Source of the DNA: Alsobacter soli
GTDB lineage: Bacteria; Pseudomonadota; Alphaproteobacteria; Rhizobiales; Beijerinckiaceae
Assembly (NCBI GenBank): GCA_945883115.1
Contig: CAMCXA010000005.1
Location: 6,479 to 70,478, forward strand
Reading direction: 5' to 3'
Length of the DNA: 64,000 nucleotides
The notes under the pieces are model-generated. The model saw only the letters and a list, made by a program, of their open reading frames with translations. It was not told where the DNA came from and searched no databases. This document shows positions 1 to 10,001 of this stretch, piece after piece (within the stretch, counting starts at the first letter, position 1; each line of letters starts with the position of its first letter). Position numbers and translations under genes: made by a program.

Positions 1-1139
1 CGGGCATCCGTCCACGCTCCGCCATTCTTTGCCGATTCAACCGAGGCGAAAATAGCCGCAATCGACCGCAGTCCCGCAACCGCATCCGGATAATGGCATG
101 CCAACGCGTCCGCCATCCGGCCCTGCTTTCGAGCCGATATCACTTCCGCAAGATCCGAATAGATATTGGCGAAAGCCAGCGGCATCCCTTCCGCGTGCCC
201 GATCGTAACACGGGAGGCGCGGTCCGCTTCCGGCGACAAATGCGGTCCGCCGCGTTCGATAATTTCCGTCCGCCCGTTGAGCGGCGTCCAGTAGAGTTGA
301 TTCGGCCATTCCTGCGCCCAGCGCAATCCGCCTTTTTCACCAAACACCTGTATGTTCAATCCGTGCATCCGCCCGATCGCCACCGAACTCGTCCACAAGC
401 GCACGAGCGCTCCGCCATCCATGCGGATACTCACCATCGCGTCGTCTTCAAGCACACGGCCCGGCAGGCAACTCGCGAAATCTGCCGACAATTCGTGCGC
501 GTCCTGCCCAGACACAAAACTTGCCATATGCAGCGCGTGAATGCCGCAATCGGCAAACTGTGCCGAAACTCCCGCCTGTGCCGGATCATACCGCCACCGG
601 ACCCGGGGATTATCCGCGTCCGCCGCGTCGGCATGGAAGCCATGCGCGAATTCAGCCTTAATGAGCCGGATTTTGCCGAGATCACCCCGCGCCACCATCG
701 CCCGCATATGCCTGACAAGCGCATAGCCTGAATAGCCGTAATTGACCGCGCAGACGGCCCCGCTCTTTTTCGCTGTGACGACGAGATCTTCTGCCTCGTC
801 CAGCGTCACTGTCATCGGCTTCTCGCACAGCACATGGATACCGGCTTCGAGAAATCCCTTGGCAATTGCGTAATGCGTCGAATTGGGCGTTGCGACCGTG
901 ACGAGATCAACGCGGTCGGCCCGCATCCGTTCGCCCGCCAGCATTTCCTTCCAGTCGCCATAGGCGCGGTCTTTCGCAATCCCAAGACGCTGGGCAAAAT
1001 CGCGTCCGCGAACAGGGTCGGCATCAAGCGCGCCCGCGACCATATCATAGTGTGAATCGATCGCGGCGCTGATCCGGTGCGCAGGCCCGATCTGGCTGCC
1101 TTCGCCGCCACCGATCATGCCCCAGTTCAATCTGGCCAT
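1..1139 (-). CDS. Gfo/Idh/MocA family NAD(P)-dependent oxidoreductase (inositol/sugar dehydrogenase-like); C-terminal end cut by the window edge
   Basis: My own minus-strand translation from the ATG at 1139 gives MARLNWGMIGGGEGSQIGPAHR...VATPNSTHYAIAKGFLEAGIHVLCEKPM. This contains the Rossmann motif and the EKP motif of the family. The frame stays open down to position 3, so the ORF has no stop in the window and is absent from the ORF track. Confidence 0.75.
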   Translation of the reverse strand, partial: MARLNWGMIGGGEGSQIGPAHRISAAIDSHYDMVAGALDADPVRGRDFAQRLGIAKDRAYGDWKEMLAGERMRADRVDLVTVATPNSTHYAIAKGFLEAGIHVLCEKPMTVTLDEAEDLVVTAKKSGAVCAVNYGYSGYALVRHMRAMVARGDLGKIRLIKAEFAHGFHADAADADNPRVRWRYDPAQAGVSAQFADCGIHALHMASFVSGQDAHELSADFASCLPGRVLEDDAMVSIRMDGGALVRLWTSSVAIGRMHGLNIQVFGEKGGLRWAQEWPNQLYWTPLNGRTEIIERGGPHLSPEADRASRVTIGHAEGMPLAFANIYSDLAEVISARKQGRMADALACHYPDAVAGLRSIAAIFASVESAKNGGAWTDA

Positions 1140-1151
1140 CTGGGTTATCCT

Positions 1152-2045
1152 TCAGTTGAAATCAATGGACTCGAGATAGGCGCGGTTGGCACGCGCATCG
1201 TCAATCGGCGAGGTCGGGCCAGCGGGATCGCAATCCTGCTCCACCGTGCACCAGCCCTCATATCCGGTCGACACCAAGAGATCGCGCACCGCGCGGAAAT
1301 CCGTCATGCCCTTGCCGAGATTGCAAAAAATGCCTTGCGCACAGGCATCATAAAATCCGGTGCGCTTGGCAACCGCATCAGCCCGGACCTTCGGGTCAAT
1401 ATCCTTGAAATGGACGTAGGCAAGCCGCTCCCTGTGCCGTTTCATGAACGCAACCGGATCAAACCCGGCATAGTGCGAATGGCCGGTATCGAGGCAGAGT
1501 TTCAAAATCTGCGGGTCGATATCGCCGAGCAGACGCTCAGTTTCCGCTTCGAAATCCACAAATCCCGCCGCATGCGGATGGATCGAAACCGTCAACCCAT
1601 AGTCCTCGCTGCCCATACGTGCCACGGTCCGGAAGCGATCAGCAAAGCCCTTCCATTCCGCAGCATCCATCATCTCCGCCTCAGTCGGGCGTCCCGCCGT
1701 CGGCGCGCGTCGCGGCGAAATTGAATCGATCAGCACAAGATGGCGTGCGCCATGCGCCACCAAGGCGCGGCACGTGCGGGTCGCCGCATCCATCACGTCC
1801 GTCCACTTTGTCGCATCATGAAAAGGCCGGAACACCACGCCGCCAATCAGGCTCAAACCGCGTGCCGCCAACCCGTCGCCGAGCTCTGCCGGATCTTCCG
1901 GCATGAACCCTATCGGCCCGAGTTCGATGCCTGAATATCCCGCTGCCTTGCAGTCATCGAGCACGCGCTGCCACGTCGGATTGCGCGGGTCATCGGCAAA
2001 TTCGACACCCCAAGAGCACGGCGCATTACCAATCCTGATTGTCAT
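1152..2045 (-). CDS. iolE: Xylose-isomerase-like TIM-barrel protein, inosose dehydratase-like (IolE/MocC family)
   Basis: 297-aa ORF. It carries the motifs HVHFKD, QGIFCNLGKGMTDF and GYEGWCTVEQD, arranged as in IolE-type dehydratases. It sits beside iolC, iolB and Idh-like genes. Confidence 0.55.
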   Translation of the reverse strand: MTIRIGNAPCSWGVEFADDPRNPTWQRVLDDCKAAGYSGIELGPIGFMPEDPAELGDGLAARGLSLIGGVVFRPFHDATKWTDVMDAATRTCRALVAHGARHLVLIDSISPRRAPTAGRPTEAEMMDAAEWKGFADRFRTVARMGSEDYGLTVSIHPHAAGFVDFEAETERLLGDIDPQILKLCLDTGHSHYAGFDPVAFMKRHRERLAYVHFKDIDPKVRADAVAKRTGFYDACAQGIFCNLGKGMTDFRAVRDLLVSTGYEGWCTVEQDCDPAGPTSPIDDARANRAYLESIDFN

Positions 2046-2060
2046 CCGTCCGTCCTTTTC

Positions 2061-3182
2061 TCAAAAATCCCCGACATTGACCCAGCGCCGCTCGGCCTGT
2101 GACACAAAGGCCGCCTCGACAATCCGGTTCACCAGAAGCCCGTCATGGAAGGTCGGCCACACCGCTTGCCCCGTCTCGATGGCTTTCAGAAAATCCCGCG
2201 CCTCGATAATGATCTGGTCCTGATATCCCGTGCCATGTCCCGGTCCCAGGCAGAACGCTTTGTAATCCGGATGTTCCGGCCCCGTCAGAATCTTCGTGAA
2301 GCCCTGCCGGTCGCCCCGTCCGCTCATCTCGTAAAGCCACACTGCATTCTGGTCTTCGCCGTCGAAGCGGATGGCGCCCTTGGTGCCATAAATATCGTAG
2401 GAATATCCCATTTTTCGCCCGGTCGCGACGCGGCTGATGAACAGTGAGCCCATCGCGCCACTCTCGAAGCGGCACAGCATATGCGCCTGATCATCATTGG
2501 TCACCGCTTTTGGCCCCTCCGGCGAGGGCCGTCTTTCATGCACGGTTTCGATATCGGCGATCAGCGACCGGATCGGCCCCGCAAGCCGGTAGGCGCCATT
2601 GATCATGTGCGGCGCAAGATCCCCCATCGCACCCTGCGAGCGACCCTCCGTCCGCCAGGTCGCCGGCGAATTCTTGTCGGCGAGAAAATCCTCGGTATGT
2701 TCACCCCTGAAATAGGTGATATCGCCAATCTCTCCTGCTGAAATCATCTGGTGCGCCAGTTGCGACGCCGGCGTCCTGATATAATTAAACCCCGTCATAT
2801 GCGCCTGGCCGCTCTTCTCGGCTGCGGCCACCATCAGGCGGCTTTCCCCCAGATTAAGCCCCAGCGGCTTTTCGCAGAATACCGGCTTGCCACGCTCGAA
2901 AGCGCGCAGCGCAATCGCGCAATGCGTATCCTGCGGACTGGCAATAATCACCGCATCGATATTCGGATCATCAACCAGTTGCCGCCAGTCGGCAGTCGAT
3001 CGCGCAAACCCGAATTGCCGCGCATGGCGGGCTGCGCCCGCTTCCGTCGTGGTGCAAATCATCTCGAGCACAGGGCGCAAGGCCGTATCGAAAACAGCTC
3101 CCACGGCATTCATCGCGACCGCGTGGGCCTTGCCCATATAGCCCGCCCCGATGAGCCCGATCCTGATCACTTTCGACTGCAT
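2061..3182 (-). CDS. Gfo/Idh/MocA family oxidoreductase
   Basis: The ORF track gives 2061..3221. The internal ATG at 3182 yields MQSKVIRIGLIGAGYMGKAHA (Rossmann fold) and the FCEKP motif. I chose this start because it places the Rossmann motif at the N-terminus. Confidence 0.8.
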   Translation of the reverse strand: MQSKVIRIGLIGAGYMGKAHAVAMNAVGAVFDTALRPVLEMICTTTEAGAARHARQFGFARSTADWRQLVDDPNIDAVIIASPQDTHCAIALRAFERGKPVFCEKPLGLNLGESRLMVAAAEKSGQAHMTGFNYIRTPASQLAHQMISAGEIGDITYFRGEHTEDFLADKNSPATWRTEGRSQGAMGDLAPHMINGAYRLAGPIRSLIADIETVHERRPSPEGPKAVTNDDQAHMLCRFESGAMGSLFISRVATGRKMGYSYDIYGTKGAIRFDGEDQNAVWLYEMSGRGDRQGFTKILTGPEHPDYKAFCLGPGHGTGYQDQIIIEARDFLKAIETGQAVWPTFHDGLLVNRIVEAAFVSQAERRWVNVGDF

Positions 3183-3305
3183 CCAAAAATTATTGCAAGC
3201 GATTGCAATAATGTCAAACACGATTTAGGCTTATCCCATTGCCGTGGCTTGAGGAGTTCTCGATGGTCCGAAGTGCCTTCACATCTGCCAGTCCGGAAGT
3301 CTGAC

Positions 3306-4274
3306 ATGGATCTTTCACGCCTTCGCCGTCATGATTTTCTCGTTGTTGGCCGCGCCGGCATGGATTTTTATGCCGAGCCGCCGGGCACGCCTATCGAATC
3401 TGCCGAGCGGTTTTTCCCGGCCCTTGGCGGATCGTCCGCGAATATCGCCGTTGCCATCGCAAAGCTTGGCGGCACAGCGGCCCTCGTCACAACCGTGTCC
3501 GACGATGCTGTTGGCCGCTATGTGCTCAACCAGCTGAAAACCTACAATGTCGCCACTGATCACGTCCGCCTCGTGAAAGGCGAAGTCCGGACCTCGCTGG
3601 CTGTTGTCGAGACGCGGGCGGAGAACTGCCAATCGGTGCTCTACCGGAATAATGCCGCCGATTTCGCCCTGTCGGAATCAGATATTGCCTCCTTGCCGTA
3701 TGACAAAGCCGGGGCCTTGATTATCACCGGCACCGCACTGGCGATGGAGCCCTCAAGGGGCGCGACGCTGGAAGCTATCCGCCGCGCCGCTGCCCACGCG
3801 CTCCCCGTGATTTTCGATATTGATTACCGGCCCTATTCTTGGACCAGCAAGGCCGAGGCGCTGGCTGTCTGCGGCGAGGTCGCACGCTCAAGCCAGATCG
3901 TTATCGGCAATGACGAGGAATTTGCCGTTCTCGCTCCCGATCAGGACGGCCTCGCTTTTGCGCGTACCCTTGCCGCCAGCACGGCCGGCATCGTTGTCTA
4001 CAAAATGGGCGAGGCGGGTGCGATCACGCGATCCGGCAAGGACGAATTCCGCTCCGGCATCTATCCCGTCCGCGCGCTCAAGCCGACAGGTGCTGGCGAC
4101 AGTTTCATGGGGGGCTTTGTCACTGGACTGGCCGAAGGTCTGCCGCTTCCGGAGTGCGTCCGGCGCGGCTCCGCCGCCGCCGCCCTCGTCGTGACCCGCG
4201 TCGGATGCGCTCCCGCAAACCCGACACGCACTGAGCTTGATACCTTCATGGCTGAAACAAAAACCGACTGGTGA
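3306..4274 (+). CDS. iolC: 5-dehydro-2-deoxygluconokinase (PfkB family)
   Basis: This is the in-frame ATG at 3306 inside the 507-aa track ORF. The N-terminus DFLVVGRAGMDFYAEPPG...GGSSANIAVAIAKLGG and the C-terminal GAGDSFMGGF motif are typical of PfkB/IolC kinases. The gene lies next to iolB. Confidence 0.75.
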   Translation: MDLSRLRRHDFLVVGRAGMDFYAEPPGTPIESAERFFPALGGSSANIAVAIAKLGGTAALVTTVSDDAVGRYVLNQLKTYNVATDHVRLVKGEVRTSLAVVETRAENCQSVLYRNNAADFALSESDIASLPYDKAGALIITGTALAMEPSRGATLEAIRRAAAHALPVIFDIDYRPYSWTSKAEALAVCGEVARSSQIVIGNDEEFAVLAPDQDGLAFARTLAASTAGIVVYKMGEAGAITRSGKDEFRSGIYPVRALKPTGAGDSFMGGFVTGLAEGLPLPECVRRGSAAAALVVTRVGCAPANPTRTELDTFMAETKTDW

Positions 4275-4289
4275 GACGGAGAGCGCAAC

Positions 4290-5132
4290 ATGCATATCCC
4301 CCCCTATGACAATCTCAACCGCCCCGTGATCGATGTCGACGATACACGCGTGCCGCTCAATTACTTCAACATTGTCAAACTCAAGCACGGCGAGGCGTTC
4401 GCGTATCAGGTTCCCGGGTACGAGACATCGATCGTTCCCGCCACCGGCTCGGTCGACGTCGAAATCGAGGGCGAGAAATACGAGAGCGTCGGCAATCGTG
4501 TCGGCGATGTCTGGGGCGGCGAGCCCGAAGGCGTCTATGTTCCGTCGGGGGCCAAAGCCCAGATGATCTGCGTCTCCGACACCGCCGAAATCTTCATCGC
4601 GGGCGCGAAATTCGATGGCGTTCTGACCCCCTTCGTCGTGCGCTCAAACGAGATCGATGTCGTCCAGTACGGCTCCGACGACACCAAGACCCATCGCAAG
4701 ATCAAACATATTCTCGGTGCAAAATATCGTGACCGCGTCGGGCGGCTCCTCGTCTCTGAACTTTTCACGGTCGGGCAGGGCGGCTGGTCGGGCTTCCCGC
4801 CGCACAAGCACGACACGGACCGTCTGCCGCTCGAAACGCGCCATGACGAGACCTATAATTTTCGCTTCCGCCCCGATCACGGCTTCGGCTTGCAGCTCGT
4901 CCAACGTGAGGATGGCAAGGTCGGGGATGCCTATCATCTGGTCGATGGCTCCACCATCGTGCTCGAAAAAGGATACCACCCCTGCGTCGCTGCGCCCGGC
5001 TATGAAATGTATTATTTTACCATCCTTGGCGGCCTGAGCCAGCGTCCGCTCGTGCAATATTTCCAACCCACCCACGCCTATCAGATCGAAACCATTCCTG
5101 GCATCAAAGACATGATCGCCAAATTCAAATGA
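4290..5132 (+). CDS. iolB: 5-deoxy-glucuronate isomerase (cupin)
   Basis: 280-aa ORF with an IolB-like size and the motifs GWSGFPPHKHD...ETYNFRF and GYHPCVAAPGYEMYYF. Its 3' end overlaps the next gene by 4 nt. Confidence 0.75.
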   Translation: MHIPPYDNLNRPVIDVDDTRVPLNYFNIVKLKHGEAFAYQVPGYETSIVPATGSVDVEIEGEKYESVGNRVGDVWGGEPEGVYVPSGAKAQMICVSDTAEIFIAGAKFDGVLTPFVVRSNEIDVVQYGSDDTKTHRKIKHILGAKYRDRVGRLLVSELFTVGQGGWSGFPPHKHDTDRLPLETRHDETYNFRFRPDHGFGLQLVQREDGKVGDAYHLVDGSTIVLEKGYHPCVAAPGYEMYYFTILGGLSQRPLVQYFQPTHAYQIETIPGIKDMIAKFK

Positions 5133-5956
5133 CCCTTGCGACACTGAACGACGTCCTGAAACCGGCCGAAAAAAACTGCTCCGCCATTGCCGGTCTCGTC
5201 GTGCTCGGATGGGAAGATGCAATCGCGTTCACCGAAGCCGCAGAGGAAGTCGGATGCCCGGTCATTCTTCAAGCCGGCCCCGGAAGCCGGCGCCACACGC
5301 CGCTTTCTGTCCTCGGGAAAATGTTCACCTATCTGGCCGAGCGCGCGAGCGTGCCGGTCGTCTGCCATCTCGATCATGCCCACACGTTTGAGGAGTGCTC
5401 GGAAGCTATCGACTGCGGGTTCACCTCCCTGATGATTGACGGTTCGATGCTCCCGCTTGACGACAACATCGCACTCACAGCCCGCGTCAAAGGCCTCGCC
5501 AAACCGCACAAATTGTCGGTCGAAGGTGAGATCGGCGCCGTCGGCTATGCAGGCGGGGCAGCCTCCGCCATGACCGATCCGGAGGAGGCCGCCCGCTTCG
5601 AGCGAGAAACCGGCATTGATGCCCTCGCAATCTCGATCGGCAATGTGCATCTTCAAACCGAGCACGCCGCCATGATTGACTGGACGCGGCTTGCCGACAT
5701 CCAGTCCCTGACGCGGGCTCCCCTTGTCCTGCATGGCGGCAGCGGCATTCCCCCGTCAGTCCGCCGCGATTTGGCGCGTGAAACCCGCGTCAAAAAATTC
5801 AATATCGGCACCGAATTGCGGCTCGGTTTCGGCAACGCCCTCCGCGATTATCTTGCAACCCATCCCGCCGAGTTCGACCGGCTCAGGATTTTGAGCGCAC
5901 CGATCGCGCCGATGAAAAACATCGCCATGGAAATCATGCGCAATTTACAGGCATGA
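5129..5956 (+). CDS. Class II fructose-bisphosphate aldolase family protein (IolJ-like DKGP aldolase candidate)
   Basis: 275-aa ORF. The motifs PVILQAGPG, CHLDHAHTFEE, LMIDGS and LVLHGGSGIP are class II aldolase signatures. It appears translationally coupled to iolB. Confidence 0.7.
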   Translation: MTLATLNDVLKPAEKNCSAIAGLVVLGWEDAIAFTEAAEEVGCPVILQAGPGSRRHTPLSVLGKMFTYLAERASVPVVCHLDHAHTFEECSEAIDCGFTSLMIDGSMLPLDDNIALTARVKGLAKPHKLSVEGEIGAVGYAGGAASAMTDPEEAARFERETGIDALAISIGNVHLQTEHAAMIDWTRLADIQSLTRAPLVLHGGSGIPPSVRRDLARETRVKKFNIGTELRLGFGNALRDYLATHPAEFDRLRILSAPIAPMKNIAMEIMRNLQA

Positions 5957-6081
5957 GCGGGCCGAGGTCATTGGTTCCATGCGCCTTGACGGTCTGCAAT
6001 GGCTTGCATAGTCTTCGCTCAATAATAAGTGTCGCGTGGCCATTCCGGATTGCGTGAGCAAGATAAAGGGAGGTTGACGTC

Positions 6082-7269
6082 ATGAACAAACATGTTGCGC
6101 CTGAAACACCTGAATGGCTGACCGAAGACTCCGTCTCGCTCGATGCATTCATCGCCGATATCACGCAGGCAGCCAAGCATATGCACTACCCGCTGGCCGT
6201 CGAAATCCAGAAAAATATCCCCATCTATGACGCTCAACTCATTGCGAGCCATATCGGCGAACCTGCCGTCATCGCACGCTACATGGCCGAGTGGACCCGC
6301 ATTCTCCGCGAAGGTCCGGGTGTCGTCGTCTTCCGCCGTGCCTACAAGGATCTCGCTGTCATCGACGAGGCGACATCCGTCTTGCAGTCGATCATCGACG
6401 AAGAACGCAAGACGATGGGCCAGCGCGGCGATTATTTCGGCAAGGCGGGCGATAATGCCCGCCTCTGGAATGCGCATGAAAAACTCTGCGCTGCCTCACC
6501 GGAATCCTTCGCCCGCTATAATGCCCTCGATATTGTCAGCCTGATCAGCCGGGCATGGCTCGGCCCGCTCTACCAGATCACCACGCAGGTCAATATTGTC
6601 TATCCGGGTGGCAAGGCCCAGACACCCCATCGCGATTACCACATGGGATTCCAGAGTGCCGCGCAGCTCGTCCAATATCCTGCCCATGTCCACCAGCTTT
6701 CCGCCGCCTTGACGCTTCAGGGCGCCGTGGCCCATTGCGACATGCCGCTCGAAAGCGGCCCGACCAAGCTTCTGCCCTTCTCGCACCGCTATGTGCCGGG
6801 CTATCTCGCCATCACGCGCAAAGAGTTCCGGGCCTATTTTGAGGAACACCATGTTCAGGTCGAGTTGAAAAAAGGCGACGCGATTTTCTTCAATCCCGCA
6901 ACCTTCCACGCGGCCGGAACCAATACCTCGAAAGACATTGTCCGTTTCGCCAATCTCATGCAGATCGGCTCCGGCTATGGCCGCTCGATCGAGGTCGTAG
7001 ACCGGATCCGCATGAGCAAACTCCTGTTCCCGAAACTCAAGGCCATGATCGCGGCCTCCGCCTTCTCCGAGCGGGACGTCGAGCATATCATCGCAGCCTG
7101 CGCCGAGGGCTATTCCTTCCCGGTCAATCTCGACATCGACTCGCCCCTGTCCGGCATGGCCCCGCCAAGCCAGCAGGATCTGATGCGCCAGGCGCTTGCC
7201 GAGGGCTGGGACGATCAGACCTTCAACGCCAAGATGGATGATTACGTCACCCGCCGTCGGACGCACTGA
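6082..7269 (+). CDS. Phytanoyl-CoA dioxygenase (PhyH) family Fe(II)/2-oxoglutarate oxygenase
   Basis: 395-aa ORF. It has an HxD motif (TPHRDYH) and a distal His (FFNPATFHAAGTN), as in PhyH-like oxygenases. Confidence 0.6.
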   Translation: MNKHVAPETPEWLTEDSVSLDAFIADITQAAKHMHYPLAVEIQKNIPIYDAQLIASHIGEPAVIARYMAEWTRILREGPGVVVFRRAYKDLAVIDEATSVLQSIIDEERKTMGQRGDYFGKAGDNARLWNAHEKLCAASPESFARYNALDIVSLISRAWLGPLYQITTQVNIVYPGGKAQTPHRDYHMGFQSAAQLVQYPAHVHQLSAALTLQGAVAHCDMPLESGPTKLLPFSHRYVPGYLAITRKEFRAYFEEHHVQVELKKGDAIFFNPATFHAAGTNTSKDIVRFANLMQIGSGYGRSIEVVDRIRMSKLLFPKLKAMIAASAFSERDVEHIIAACAEGYSFPVNLDIDSPLSGMAPPSQQDLMRQALAEGWDDQTFNAKMDDYVTRRRTH

Positions 7270-7319
7270 TCAAGGCGACTAGATCCTCTGCTATGAGCTG
7301 AACGGATCGGAAAATGGGC

Positions 7320-8078
7320 TCAGTCGTGATAGCGGATGACCCATTTTTCGCACGCCACCACCAGCGCAAAAATCGAGATCGACAGCAGGGAACAGAGGAC
7401 AATCGCGGCATAGAGCCGTCCCGATTGATAATTGAACGTCGCCTGGATGATCATCGCCCCCAACCCGCGATCCGACCCGATCCATTCGCCAACCACCGCC
7501 CCGATCACCGCCGTCGCAGAGGCAATTCTGAGTGATGAAAACAGGAATGGAGCCGCCCGCGGCAGCCTCAGACGCCAGAGCGTTTCAGCTTTCGACGCCG
7601 ATAAAATCCTGAAAAGCTCGTGCTCGTTCGGGGTGATCGATTCGAGCCCCCGGATCATGTTCACCAATGTGGGAAAAAAGCAGATCACCGCCGCAATCAC
7701 CACTTTCGGTGCCATGCCAAGCCCGAACATCAGGATGATGACGGGCGCAAGGGCCAGAATGGGAATCGTATTCAAAAAAAGGATCACCGGAAAATAGGCA
7801 GCTTGCAGATAACGGTTATGAACGAAGACAATCGCCAGAATAACGGCGATCCCGTTGCCGAACAAAAAGCCGAGCACGCTCTCGTGCAGCGTAGGCCAGA
7901 AATTCCGCCAGAGCAGGGCATATTCCTTGGTCATCACACCCCCGATTTCCGAGGGCGTCGGCACGATGTAGGACGGCACCCCCGCAAGCGGCAGCAGAAA
8001 CTGCCACGCAATCAGAACCGAAACGGCTCCGCCGAGCGGCAGAACAATATTCCAGGGGGAGGGCAGTTTGATGCTCAT
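7320..8078 (-). CDS. ABC transporter permease (NitT/TauT/SsuC-like family)
   Basis: 252-aa hydrophobic ORF with a BPD-type permease layout. It is adjacent to the cognate ATPase and binding-protein genes. Confidence 0.8.
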   Translation of the reverse strand: MSIKLPSPWNIVLPLGGAVSVLIAWQFLLPLAGVPSYIVPTPSEIGGVMTKEYALLWRNFWPTLHESVLGFLFGNGIAVILAIVFVHNRYLQAAYFPVILFLNTIPILALAPVIILMFGLGMAPKVVIAAVICFFPTLVNMIRGLESITPNEHELFRILSASKAETLWRLRLPRAAPFLFSSLRIASATAVIGAVVGEWIGSDRGLGAMIIQATFNYQSGRLYAAIVLCSLLSISIFALVVACEKWVIRYHD

Positions 8079-8087
8079 CGCACGGTC

Positions 8088-8873
8088 TCAGCAGTGCGAA
8101 AGTTCGTTGCGCATATCGCGCATGGCGTCGGTCAGCCGCGGGTCTTCCCGCGACAGCGTTTGTCCGTTGTCCTTGAGCGATCGCAGATCGACAATTTTGC
8201 GCACCCGCCCGGGATTTGCCGAAAGGATCAGGGCACGTTCGCCGAGATACGCGGCCTCCATGATACTATGGGTGACAAACAGAATGGTCATTCCCGTGTC
8301 GCGCCAGATCCGGAGCAGTTCATCATTCAGCCTGTCGCGCGTAATCTCGTCCAGTGCACCGAACGGCTCATCCATCAGCAGGATTTTCGGCTTCGAAATC
8401 AGGGCGCGTGCAATGGCTACGCGCTGCTTTTGGCCGCCCGAGATCTGTCCCGGATATCTGTTCTTGAAATTCGAAAGCCCCAGCATATCGAGGAGCGCGT
8501 TGGCATCCCCGCTGCTTCCATCGGTGCCCGCCTTCCCGATTTGCAACGGGAGCAGGACATTTTCAAGAACGGTGCGCCACGGCAGCAGCGTCGAGTCTTG
8601 GAAAACAAAGGAAACGTCCCGCTTGAGACGGGAGTCGACTGGCTTTGAACCGAAAACCTCAAGCGATCCCTTCACCGGTTGAACGAGGTCGGCAACCGCG
8701 CGCAGAAATGTCGACTTGCCACACCCCGAAGGCCCGATAATGGTCAAAAATTCGCCTGCGGAAACATCAAGATTGAAATCCTGCAAAACAATATTCAGCG
8801 CGCCCGATGCCGACTGATAGCCGACATCGAGCGCCTTGGCCGCAATTGCGAAGTCCGCGTGTGCAGCGTTCAT
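8088..8873 (-). CDS. ABC transporter ATP-binding protein
   Basis: Walker A GPSGCGKST, ABC signature ISGGQKQRVAIARAL and Walker B LLMDEPFGALD. Confidence 0.9.
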   Translation of the reverse strand: MNAAHADFAIAAKALDVGYQSASGALNIVLQDFNLDVSAGEFLTIIGPSGCGKSTFLRAVADLVQPVKGSLEVFGSKPVDSRLKRDVSFVFQDSTLLPWRTVLENVLLPLQIGKAGTDGSSGDANALLDMLGLSNFKNRYPGQISGGQKQRVAIARALISKPKILLMDEPFGALDEITRDRLNDELLRIWRDTGMTILFVTHSIMEAAYLGERALILSANPGRVRKIVDLRSLKDNGQTLSREDPRLTDAMRDMRNELSHC

Positions 8874-8892
8874 TCAGAAAAGTCCCAGCGTA

Positions 8893-9927
8893 TTAGATTT
8901 TTGGACGAACGCTTTCCGTCATTTCCAAAATCTTGGTTGTGTAGACATCAGCCAGTTTTGGACGACCTGTCTCATATTGCTTCAGGGCATCAAACATGGC
9001 GATCTGCTTTTCAATCGATTGCGGATCAAACGTACCCCAGCCATTCTTCGCCGTATTGGCATCGAAACTCAGTTTCATGACCAGATCAATTGTCTTCATT
9101 TCCCATTCGAGGCTCATATCCGGATAGGCGTTGACCGCCTTTTTAACGGCCTCCTGCGGGTTGGCTTTGGTCCATGCCCATCCCTTCGACACCGCGCCGA
9201 TGAATTTGGCAAGGACATCCGCATTCTTCTCGATCGCTTCGTCTGTCGCGAAGAAGACGTTTGCGTAAGATGGCAGACCCATGTCGCTGACCAGAAGGTC
9301 GATCCGGTCCGGCCCGAGAACAGACAGCGACTGCGTGTTCGTAACCCAACCGCCAATCGCGTCAACTTCGCCACGCTCGAGCGGTGCCTTGTCGAAGCCG
9401 ACATTGACGATCGTGATCTTCGACGCATCGAGTTTGTTCTGGGCAATAATCGCGTCAATCACGACGCGGGCGGTTGGCTGGATGCCGATCTTTTTGCCGA
9501 TCATGTCGGCGGCTGATCGCACGGGGGCTTTCGGCAGAGAGGCGAGGGCATAAGGCCCTGTGCGGAAGCCACAGGCGATAATCTTGACTGGTACACCGGA
9601 GGCACGCGCTGCAACAAGTTGTGTTGACTCAGAAAACTGGCCCAATGTTGCCTGTCCCGAAACAACAGGTGGAACAGTTGCCGAGTTTGGCCCGCCCGGG
9701 CTGAATTCGACATCAAGACCCGCTTCTTTGAAGTAGCCGTTCTGGACGGCCATGATATCGCCGATCTGGCCGTTCGACATCAGCCAGTCATACTTGATGA
9801 TCACTTTGGCTGCGGCCTTCGCGGATTGCGGCAGCATCAACGAAATTCCTGCGCTTGCCGCTGCAACGCCGCCTGCTGCAAGCCCAAGAAATCCGCGACG
9901 GTCGGTTGTCAATCTCGTCTGTGTCAT
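8893..9927 (-). CDS. Periplasmic substrate-binding protein, NMT1/THI5-like (NitT/TauT family), with a Tat-type signal peptide
   Basis: The N-terminus reads TDRRGFLGLAAGGVAAASAGISLMLPQSAKA, which contains a twin-arginine motif. The 344-aa size and operon context fit this family. Confidence 0.7.
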   Translation of the reverse strand: MTQTRLTTDRRGFLGLAAGGVAAASAGISLMLPQSAKAAAKVIIKYDWLMSNGQIGDIMAVQNGYFKEAGLDVEFSPGGPNSATVPPVVSGQATLGQFSESTQLVAARASGVPVKIIACGFRTGPYALASLPKAPVRSAADMIGKKIGIQPTARVVIDAIIAQNKLDASKITIVNVGFDKAPLERGEVDAIGGWVTNTQSLSVLGPDRIDLLVSDMGLPSYANVFFATDEAIEKNADVLAKFIGAVSKGWAWTKANPQEAVKKAVNAYPDMSLEWEMKTIDLVMKLSFDANTAKNGWGTFDPQSIEKQIAMFDALKQYETGRPKLADVYTTKILEMTESVRPKI

Positions 9928-10001
9928 TTTCTAACTCCTTGAATATGCCATGACATTTTGCCATGGCGTTGGTGGAAAAAAGCTGTGCCGGACCAACTTT
10001 T

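Noticed and set aside
2751-3305. The N-terminal 185 codons of the 507-aa track ORF that contains iolC. Comparable 5' extensions occur on the ORFs at 25932-26933, 56827-57324, 61052-63202, 53979-55325 and 42671-43609.
   Set aside because: The extensions overlap neighbouring genes or intergenic promoters and have Arg/Pro-rich composition. Internal starts with Shine-Dalgarno sequences give proteins of the expected family length.
9928-10001. A possible TPP (THI-box) riboswitch upstream of the NMT1/THI5-like binding protein gene.
   Set aside because: Only 74 nt are available and the conserved CUGAGA / ACCUGAUCUGGAUAAUGCCAGCG-type core is absent. Only a short hairpin is present.
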